Positions 56,786 through 64,000 of a stretch of 64,000 nt of DNA are shown here, in pieces. The stretch is from contig CAMDJH010000002.1 of assembly GCA_945900455.1 (NCBI GenBank), forward strand, positions 688 to 64,687. Reading direction: 5' to 3'. This stretch comes from Akkermansia muciniphila (GTDB lineage: Bacteria > Verrucomicrobiota > Verrucomicrobiia > Limisphaerales > UBA9464). A program made the position numbers and the translations under genes. The notes under the pieces were generated by a model, which did no database searches, was not told the origin of the DNA, and saw only the letters and a program-made list of their open reading frames with translations. Positions within the stretch are counted from its first letter, which is position 1, and every line of letters begins with the position of its first letter.

Positions 56786-57870
56786 GCACGACTGCTGCAG
56801 ACATGCCGGCCGGTGGCGGCGCGCCAGCGGTGCGGAGTACCGTACGCAGCGGTCCGTCGCGCTCGCCGAACTGGCGTGCGTGGGCGCGTTTCAAGCGCAA
56901 TCGCCTGGGCTATGTGTCGTTGTGGGTCTTTGCCATTCTTCTGGCGATTACCACCTTTGCGGAAGTGGTCAGCAATGACCGCCCGCTGGTCGCGCGCTAC
57001 CAGGGTGAGTGGATGTTCCCCATTCTAAACAATCCACCGGAAACGAAATTGGGCGGCGATTTCCTGACGCCCGCTGACTGGCACGACCCTTTCATCCGGC
57101 AGACGTTCGAGAAGCCCGGCAACTGGGCGCTGTTCACGCTCAATCCGTACGCGGCCAACAGCGTCAATTACTTCAATCCGATTCCGGCGCCCGCACCCCC
57201 CAGCCGCGAGAACCTGCTTGGCACGGATGACAGCGGCCGCGACATGGTGGCGCGCCTAATTTACGGCTTCCGTGTCAGCGTCTGGTTCGGCTTTGCGCTT
57301 ACCGCGGCCGGCATGCTGCTCGGCATTCTGATCGGCGCCCTGCAAGGCTATTTCGGCGGCCGCGTCGACCTGACCGGACAGCGGATTATCGAAATCTGGA
57401 ATGCGATTCCCGAGCTCTATCTGTTCATCATCATCGCGTCGATTTTCTCGCCATCGTTGCTGCTGCTGCTCGTCGTCTTCGCGTTGTTCGGCTGGGTCGG
57501 CCTTTCCGACTATGTGCGCGCTGAGTTCCTGCGCAATCGCAGCCTCGAATACGTGAAGGCGGCGCGCGCGATGGGCCTGTCCAACGCGCAGATCATGTGG
57601 CGGCACCTGCTGCCCAACTCGATGACGCCGGTCATCACGTTCATGCCATTCCGGATGAGCGGCGCGATCCTGTTCCTGGCGGCAATCGAGTTCCTTGGCC
57701 TCGGGCCGCCCAACATCCCCTCACTCGGCGATCTGCTGCGTCAGGGCAAGGACAATCTCGATGCGTGGTGGATCGCCGTGCCGACGTTCCTGGTGCTGGT
57801 GTCGACGCTACTGCTCCTCACGTTCATCGGCGACGCGCTGCGCGACGCCTTCGATACGCGCAAATCATGA
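56782..57870 (+). CDS. yejE: ABC transporter permease, YejE-like
   Basis: LGTDDSGRDMVARLIYG and AARAMGLSNAQIMWRHLLPN motifs. ATGA overlap with the upstream gene. Confidence 0.7.
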   Translation: MSTTAADMPAGGGAPAVRSTVRSGPSRSPNWRAWARFKRNRLGYVSLWVFAILLAITTFAEVVSNDRPLVARYQGEWMFPILNNPPETKLGGDFLTPADWHDPFIRQTFEKPGNWALFTLNPYAANSVNYFNPIPAPAPPSRENLLGTDDSGRDMVARLIYGFRVSVWFGFALTAAGMLLGILIGALQGYFGGRVDLTGQRIIEIWNAIPELYLFIIIASIFSPSLLLLLVVFALFGWVGLSDYVRAEFLRNRSLEYVKAARAMGLSNAQIMWRHLLPNSMTPVITFMPFRMSGAILFLAAIEFLGLGPPNIPSLGDLLRQGKDNLDAWWIAVPTFLVLVSTLLLLTFIGDALRDAFDTRKS

Positions 57871-59474
57871 TCGCCAAGATGCAGGACAACGCGGCACTGC
57901 TGTCGGTGCACGATCTGTGCGTCAACTTCGGGACCTCGCGCGTGGTCGACCGCGTGTCGTTCACCGTTGACGCGGGCGAGAAGTTCGCGCTGGTCGGCGA
58001 ATCGGGGTCCGGCAAGTCCGTGACGGCGCTGTCGATCCTGAAACTGGTGGAGACGGCGACGTATGAAGGCGCGATCCGCTTCCAGGGCGAAAATGTGCTG
58101 GCCAAGACCGAACGTCAGATGCAGGCCGTGCGCGGCCGCGACATCGCGATGATCTTTCAGGAACCAATGACGGCGCTGAACCCGCTGTATCGGGTGGGCA
58201 ACCAGATTGCCGAAGTGCTGGAATTGCACGAGGGTTTGAACGCGAAGGATGCAAAGGCCCGCGCGGTGGACCTGCTGGCGCGCACCGGCATCCCGGACCC
58301 CGCCAAGCGAGTCGATTCTTTCCCGCACCAGTTGTCCGGCGGGCAACGGCAGCGCGCGATGATTGCCATGGCGCTGGCATGTCGGCCCAAGTTGCTGATC
58401 GCCGACGAGCCCACCACCGCGCTGGATGTCACCATCCAGGCGCAGATCCTCACGCTGCTGGACGATCTGCAGCGTGAGTTCGGGATGGCCATCCTATTCA
58501 TCACGCACGATCTGAACCTGGTGCGCCGCTTCTGCCATCGCGTGGGCGTGATGGAGCGTGGCAAGCTGGTGGAGCAGGGCGAGACCGCGCAGGTGTTCGA
58601 GCATCCCAGGCACCCTTACACGATCAAGCTCATCAACAGCCGGCCCGTGCGCGCCGTGCTGCCGTTGGCGCCCGATGCGCCGGTGCTGGCGGCCGCGAAG
58701 GACGTCAGCGTCGATTTCGTCTCGTCCAAAGGCTGGTTCGGCAAGGACGTGTTTCGCGCCGTGCGCGACGCCACGCTGGAATTGAAGCGCGGTGAAACGC
58801 TGGGCATCGTCGGCGAATCCGGATCGGGCAAGACCACGCTGGGCATGGCGCTGTTGGCGCTGCAGCCGCTGGCGTCGGGCGAGATCTCCTTGGACGGCCA
58901 GCGCGTGGACAACGCCAACCGCGCCACGTTGCGTGCGATGCGCCGCCGGATGCAGGTGGTGTTCCAGGACCCGTTCGCGTCGCTGTCGCCGCGGATGACG
59001 GTGGAACAGATCGTCGGCGAAGGCGTGGCGCTGCACATGCCCGAGCTGTCGAAGGGCGAGCGCCGGGCTAAGATCCTGGCAATGCTGGCGGAAGTGGGCA
59101 TGTCCGAGGCCTCGGGTATAGCGGACGTGATGACACGCTATCCGCACGAATTTTCAGGTGGCCAGCGGCAGCGCATCGCCATCGCCCGCGCGGTGATCCT
59201 GAAGCCGGAACTGCTGGTGCTGGATGAGCCAACGTCCGCGCTGGACGTGTCGGTACAGCAGCAGGTCTTGAATCTGCTGGGCGAGCTGCAGGTCAAGTAC
59301 GGTATGAGCTATGTATTTATCAGCCACGACCTGGCCGTGATGCGCGCGATGGCCCATCGGGTGCTGGTGATGAAGGACGGCGTCATCGTGGAACAGGGCG
59401 AAGCATTGGCACTGTTTGCCGCGCCGCAGCAGCCGTACACGCAGACTCTGCTCGCCGCCGCGCATTTGGCGTAG
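57867..59474 (+). CDS. yejF: ABC transporter ATP-binding protein with two fused ATPase domains, YejF-like
   Basis: Two Walker A (GESGSGKS, GESGSGKT), two LSGGQRQR signatures and two Walker B motifs. ATGA overlap with the upstream gene. Confidence 0.8.
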   Translation: MIAKMQDNAALLSVHDLCVNFGTSRVVDRVSFTVDAGEKFALVGESGSGKSVTALSILKLVETATYEGAIRFQGENVLAKTERQMQAVRGRDIAMIFQEPMTALNPLYRVGNQIAEVLELHEGLNAKDAKARAVDLLARTGIPDPAKRVDSFPHQLSGGQRQRAMIAMALACRPKLLIADEPTTALDVTIQAQILTLLDDLQREFGMAILFITHDLNLVRRFCHRVGVMERGKLVEQGETAQVFEHPRHPYTIKLINSRPVRAVLPLAPDAPVLAAAKDVSVDFVSSKGWFGKDVFRAVRDATLELKRGETLGIVGESGSGKTTLGMALLALQPLASGEISLDGQRVDNANRATLRAMRRRMQVVFQDPFASLSPRMTVEQIVGEGVALHMPELSKGERRAKILAMLAEVGMSEASGIADVMTRYPHEFSGGQRQRIAIARAVILKPELLVLDEPTSALDVSVQQQVLNLLGELQVKYGMSYVFISHDLAVMRAMAHRVLVMKDGVIVEQGEALALFAAPQQPYTQTLLAAAHLA

Positions 59475-59707
59475 GATTTGCCACAGATTTTTGGCCAAGG
59501 GCTTTTCCATCCCGGATCCTCACAGTCCCGAATAGTCGCTCGACCAAGGAATGCGATACTGGCGCAGAAACAGAACTTGCTGTTGCAAGCGAACTTGGCC
59601 GGCGGATTTTACGCGCCGGCTGACGGACGATCGACGACTGCAGACGTCGTCCTTCGGCAATAATCAAGGAGTGGCGTCGGTTCCTCATTCCAGTACTATC
59701 GGGCCCG

Positions 59708-60478
59708 ATGTACGAAAAACTTTTTGACCTGACCGGGCGCGTGGCGCTGGTCACAGGCGGCAGCCGAGGGCTGGGAAAATCGATGGCGCGGGCGTATGCG
59801 GAACATGGCGCATCGATCATGGTCTGCAGCCGCAATGCGAGCCAGCTGGAGGCCGCGGCGAAATCCATTGGCGAGGGCCTGCCGGTGCGCGTCGAGTGGA
59901 TGACGGCGGACTTGGGCAAAAGCGGCGAGGCACAGCGGGTGGCGGACGAGACGCTCGCGCGGCTGGGGCGAGTGGACGTGCTGGTGAACAATGCCGGCAG
60001 CAACAGTCCGCAGCGGGCCGATCAGATCACCGACGAGGTGTGGGAGCGGATCTTTGAGCTGAACCTGTCCGGCATTATGCGGCTGACACGCGCCGTGCTG
60101 CCCCAAATGATGGAGCGGAAGTGGGGGCGCGTGATTCATATTTCATCGGTGCTGGGGCTCGGGGGGAAAGCGGGACGGAGCGTGTATAGCGCGACGAAGG
60201 CGGCTCTGATCGGGATGGCGCGGTCGAGCGCGTTGGATCTGGGACCCTATGGGGTGACGGTGAACTGCATTTCCCCAGGGCCGTTTTTGACGGAACTGCC
60301 GCTCGGAATGCTGAGTGACGACGAGAAGCAAGCGTTCACGAACCGGACGGCCTTGAAGCGCTGGGGGCGACCGGAGGAGATCGCCGGTATGGCACTCTTG
60401 TTGGGGACCGACGCCGGGAGCTATATCACGGGTGCCACACTGTTGATCGATGGCGGTGTCCTGGCAAATACCTTATGA
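59708..60478 (+). CDS. SDR family oxidoreductase (gluconate 5-dehydrogenase-like)
   Basis: TGGSRGLG, NNAG, S...YSATKAA and PG.F.T motifs. Confidence 0.85.
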   Translation: MYEKLFDLTGRVALVTGGSRGLGKSMARAYAEHGASIMVCSRNASQLEAAAKSIGEGLPVRVEWMTADLGKSGEAQRVADETLARLGRVDVLVNNAGSNSPQRADQITDEVWERIFELNLSGIMRLTRAVLPQMMERKWGRVIHISSVLGLGGKAGRSVYSATKAALIGMARSSALDLGPYGVTVNCISPGPFLTELPLGMLSDDEKQAFTNRTALKRWGRPEEIAGMALLLGTDAGSYITGATLLIDGGVLANTL

Positions 60479-60488
60479 CGCTTTGGAG

Positions 60489-62894
60489 ATGAACACACGC
60501 GGCATTCTATGCTTCGGGTTCATTCTGCAATTCGCTCCTTACGTCCAGGCGGCGGTGGACTTTGGGAAAGAGGTGCGGCCGATCTTGGAACGTAGTTGTT
60601 TTGGCTGTCACGGACCGGAGATGCAGAAGAGCGGGTATCGCCTGGATGTCCGGGAACTCGCGCTGCGGGGTGGTGACAGTGGGGCTGCGGCCATCGTGCC
60701 CCACGATGCGAAGAAAAGTCCGCTCATCCGTTATGTAAACGGCGACGAAGAGAAAATGTTGCTGCCGCCGCGGAAGAGCGACAAGCGACGGCTCACGAAG
60801 GAGGAAATCGAGACGCTGCGTACCTGGATTGATGCAGGGCCCGCCTGGCCGGAGGAGTTCTCAGGCACACAATCCAAGGCGAGACCGCATTGGTCGCTCA
60901 CGCCGCTCGTCAAGCCCGCGAGGCCGGGTGCGGAGGCGCATCCAATCGATTCCTTCATCCGCGCAAAGCTCGCGGCAGCGAATCTTGCTCCATCGCCCGA
61001 GGCGGACCGGCGGACGCTTATCCGGCGTTTGAGCTACGACCTGACTGGATTGCCACCAACGCCGGAGGATGTCGCGGCATTCGTTTCGGACCCAGGCGCT
61101 CAGGCGTACGAGAACCTCGTCGCACGCCTGCTCGCATCTCCGCGCTACGGCGAACACTGGGCTCGGCATTGGCTGGACGTGGCACACTATGCGGACACGC
61201 ATGGGAACGACCACGACCATGCACGGCCCAACGCCTGGCCGTATCGGGACTACGTCATCCGCGCGCTCAATGACGACAAACCTTACCCGCGTTTCGTGCA
61301 GGAACAGGTGGCGGGCGATGCGTTGTTTCCCGAGGATCCTCAAGCGACTGTCGCCCTCGGCTTTCTCGCCGCTGGGCCGTGGGATGAAACACTCATGGTC
61401 GGCGTGCGCGAGGACACATTCGACCACCGCTTCGCGCAGGTGCTCGACCGTGACGACATGGTGACAACGGTGATGAGCACGTTCCAGGCTTCGACGGTTC
61501 ACTGCGCGCGTTGCCACGACCATAAGTTTGATCCGATAACGCAGCGGGAATATTACGCTCTGCAGGCGGTCTTCGCAGGCGTCGACCGCGCGGACCGATC
61601 GTTCGATGCGGACGCCACGACGCACGCGCGGCGCAGTAAATTACTGGCGCGAAAATCGGCCATCGCGCGGCGCGCGGTGGCCGTGGTGTCGACCCTCGAT
61701 TCGCCCGAGACGCTGGCCGATTTGCTACGGAAGCCAGAATCCCAGCAAACTCCTGCAGAGCGACGCGAACGTGCACTACAAGTGCTCGCGGCCGAAGTCG
61801 AGCATGAGTTGTCGGAGCTACCGGCACCGCGAATGGTCTTCGCGGTGACCCGTGATTTTCCGACCAACGGCAGTTTCAATCCCGCGCCTTTGCCGCGTCC
61901 AATCCACATTCTCACGCGCGGGGACCTCAATAAGCCCGCCGAACGCGTTGGCCCGGGAACGCTCGGGTGCGTTCCGGGCCTTGCCGCGACGTTGTCCATT
62001 GCCGACGCCACCGACGAATCGGCCCGCCGGGCCGCACTCGCCCGCTGGCTCACCGATGATCGCAACGTTCTCGCCTGGCGAACCATCGTGAATCGCGTCT
62101 GGCACTATCACTTCGGGCGCGGCCTCAGCGACACACCGAACGATTTTGGCAAAATGGGTGGCGCTCCGTCGCATCTGGAACTCCTCGACTGGCTGGCCGT
62201 GTGGTTCCGCGACGAGGCGAAAGGATCACTCAAGGCCCTCCACCGGCTCATCGTCACGAGTGGCACTTATCGGCAGGCAGTCATCCATCGCTCGGACGCC
62301 ACGGCGCTCGACCCCGATAATCGACTGCTGTGGCGTATGAATCGGACGCGCCTAACGGCTGAACAGGTGCGCGACAGCCTGCTTCAAATGAGTGCTCAGA
62401 TCGATTTCGCGATGGGCGGGCCTTCCGCAGCGCAGTTCGTCCACCGGGGCAAGGCTACTTTTATGCCGGATAGCGGCGCACCCGCATTCCTCGATTACGA
62501 GAACTTTTCGCCCGACAAACCGGAGAATCGTCGCCGCGCTGTCTATCGATTCCTGTTTCGCACCGTGCCCGATCCGCTCATGGACGCGCTCGACGCACCG
62601 GACGGTGGCGTGCTCACGCCCGTCCGTGGCCAATCCACCACGGCCGTGCAGGCGTTCGCGCTGCTGAACAATCCGTTCGTTGTCCGGCAGTGCGAACACA
62701 TCGCGTCGCGGGTGGAAAGGAACGCCGGCGACGCAATGGAGGACGGGGGCATCGTGCGGACGTTTCGTCTCCTGTTGCAACGCCCACCGCGCGCCGATGA
62801 ACTCGCGCACTTCACCGCTTACACTCAGCGCCACGGCCTCGCGAACGCGGTTCACGTCATCATCAACAGCAATGAATTTCTCCACCTGGACTGA
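60489..62894 (+). CDS. PSCyt1 cytochrome-c domain + DUF1549 + DUF1553 protein
   Basis: CFGCHGPEMQKSGYRLD haem motif, DSFIRAKL...L.PSPEADRRTLIRRLSYDLTGLPPT (DUF1549) and ARCHDHKFDPI..REYY (DUF1553). Start at ATG 60489. Confidence 0.82.
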   Translation: MNTRGILCFGFILQFAPYVQAAVDFGKEVRPILERSCFGCHGPEMQKSGYRLDVRELALRGGDSGAAAIVPHDAKKSPLIRYVNGDEEKMLLPPRKSDKRRLTKEEIETLRTWIDAGPAWPEEFSGTQSKARPHWSLTPLVKPARPGAEAHPIDSFIRAKLAAANLAPSPEADRRTLIRRLSYDLTGLPPTPEDVAAFVSDPGAQAYENLVARLLASPRYGEHWARHWLDVAHYADTHGNDHDHARPNAWPYRDYVIRALNDDKPYPRFVQEQVAGDALFPEDPQATVALGFLAAGPWDETLMVGVREDTFDHRFAQVLDRDDMVTTVMSTFQASTVHCARCHDHKFDPITQREYYALQAVFAGVDRADRSFDADATTHARRSKLLARKSAIARRAVAVVSTLDSPETLADLLRKPESQQTPAERRERALQVLAAEVEHELSELPAPRMVFAVTRDFPTNGSFNPAPLPRPIHILTRGDLNKPAERVGPGTLGCVPGLAATLSIADATDESARRAALARWLTDDRNVLAWRTIVNRVWHYHFGRGLSDTPNDFGKMGGAPSHLELLDWLAVWFRDEAKGSLKALHRLIVTSGTYRQAVIHRSDATALDPDNRLLWRMNRTRLTAEQVRDSLLQMSAQIDFAMGGPSAAQFVHRGKATFMPDSGAPAFLDYENFSPDKPENRRRAVYRFLFRTVPDPLMDALDAPDGGVLTPVRGQSTTAVQAFALLNNPFVVRQCEHIASRVERNAGDAMEDGGIVRTFRLLLQRPPRADELAHFTAYTQRHGLANAVHVIINSNEFLHLD

Positions 62895-62897
62895 GCG

Positions 62898-64000
62898 ATG
62901 AACCGCCTATTCACCCGCCGCGATTTCCTCGGGACACTCAGCACCGGGCTGGGCGGCATCGCGCTGGGGTCGCTCCTGCAAGACGAGGCAAGTGCCGCGA
63001 CGGCGCCGCATCACCGGCCGAAGGCCAAACGGGTCATCCAATTATTCATGAATGGGGGGGCGAGTCAGTGCGACCTGTTCGACTACAAACCGCAGCTCAT
63101 CGCGCGGCACGGGCAAGTGTTCGACCCGGGCACGGGCGAGCGTGTCGAGGCGAGCATCAGCACGCCCGGCGCGGTGATGAAGAGCCCGTTCACCTGGGCT
63201 CAGCACGGGGAGTGCGGACGATGGGTGAGCAGCGCGCTACCCCATCTGGCCAGGCATGTGGACACGATGGCATTCCTCATGGCGATGCAGTCGAAGTCGA
63301 ACGTCCACGGCCCGGCGTCCTATTTGCAAACAAGCGGGTTTTTGTTGCCGGGCTTTCCTTGCGCGGGCGCGTGGATTTCCTATGCGCTGGGCAGTCTCGC
63401 CAGCAACGTGCCGGCCTTCGTGGTTCTGCCGGATACGCGCGGACTGCCCTATAACGGGCGCAGCGCGTTCACGTCTGGCTTTCTGCCCGCAAATCATCAG
63501 GGCACCGTGATCAATGCTGCCGCACCGCAACCGGTCACGCACCTGCAACCGCCCGCCGGCGCGCAACACATCACATCAGCAAGCCGCGCCGACGGTCTCG
63601 ATCTGCTCCGTGAAATGAACACCGCCCACGCGGCGGAACGTCCCGGCGATTCACGACTGACCGCACGCATCGAGAGCTATGAGCTCGCTGCACGCCTCCA
63701 ACTTGCCGCGCCCGAGTTGCTCGACGTCACCGGCGAGAGTGCCACCACAAGAACTCTCTACGGCCTGGACCAAGCCGAGACATCGGACTTTGGCAAACGC
63801 TGCCTGCTCGCGCGCCGCATGGTCGAGCGTGGCGTGCGTTTCGTGCAGGTGTGGAGCGGACACGGGGGTCCGTCGGGCAATTGGGACAATCATGGCGACA
63901 TCGGCAAGGAACTCAGTTTCGCTGCCCGCAGCATGGACCAACCCGCCGCCGCGCTTCTAATCGATCTAAAAGCCCGTGGGCTGCTCGATGACACCCTACT
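62898..64000 (+). CDS. DUF1501 (sulfatase-fold) protein with Tat signal, 3' end outside window
   Basis: Not in the track because no stop falls within the window. My translation is MNRLFTRRDFLGTLS...VIQLFMNGGASQCDLFDYKP...VWSGHGGPSGNWDNHGD. Starts 4 nt after the DUF1553 gene. Confidence 0.82.
   Translation, partial: MNRLFTRRDFLGTLSTGLGGIALGSLLQDEASAATAPHHRPKAKRVIQLFMNGGASQCDLFDYKPQLIARHGQVFDPGTGERVEASISTPGAVMKSPFTWAQHGECGRWVSSALPHLARHVDTMAFLMAMQSKSNVHGPASYLQTSGFLLPGFPCAGAWISYALGSLASNVPAFVVLPDTRGLPYNGRSAFTSGFLPANHQGTVINAAAPQPVTHLQPPAGAQHITSASRADGLDLLREMNTAHAAERPGDSRLTARIESYELAARLQLAAPELLDVTGESATTRTLYGLDQAETSDFGKRCLLARRMVERGVRFVQVWSGHGGPSGNWDNHGDIGKELSFAARSMDQPAAALLIDLKARGLLDDTL

Noticed and set aside
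51010-59707. Searched the accessory stretch and its borders for integrase, transposase or recombinase genes, tRNA-adjacent att sites and terminal inverted repeats.
   Set aside because: None were found. The only mobile-element-associated gene is the pRiA4b-ORF3-like passenger-type protein, so I do not call a defined mobile element.

Overview
This is a high-GC chromosomal window. Its gene content is typical of the Planctomycetes-Verrucomicrobia group, most likely Verrucomicrobiota: an H-X9-DG prepilin-like protein, a PSCyt/DUF1549/DUF1553 + DUF1501 pair, Tat-signal Gfo/Idh/MocA and PQQ-propeller proteins, and multi-haem dehydrogenase fusions. I call about 50 protein genes and one tRNA-Ser(GGA). 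I also call a 45-codon rpmH that is too short for the ORF track, three gene remnants, several repeat or hairpin elements and a few candidate regulatory sites. Housekeeping blocks are ffh, rpmH-rnpA-yidD-yidC-jag, nadB, an orphan parA and a CBS-type pyrophosphatase.

The items most worth a second look are:
1. A cytochrome P450 fused to two cyclic-nucleotide-binding domains, with an atypical I-helix (13589-15829).
2. A translationally coupled five-gene module at 28751-35169: halogenase-like flavoenzyme, lipoprotein, MMPL exporter fused to an LpxL-type acyltransferase, LolA-like carrier and FabZ-like dehydratase. It resembles the envelope-localisation half of aryl-polyene/xanthomonadin clusters, but no polyketide core is present.
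3. A minus-strand cluster at 39623-45997 with two tandem Tat-signal paralogs of unknown function.
4. A rearranged accessory stretch at 45.9-59.5 kb. It contains 103-bp direct repeats bracketing 4.6 kb, a pRiA4b-ORF3-like gene, gene fragments, a lower-GC patch and a proteobacterial-looking mntR-yejABEF block.
5. A recurring ~135-bp multi-hairpin intergenic element.

All family assignments were made by eye from the translations and no searches were run. Coordinates of features not taken from the ORF track may be off by 1-2 nt.
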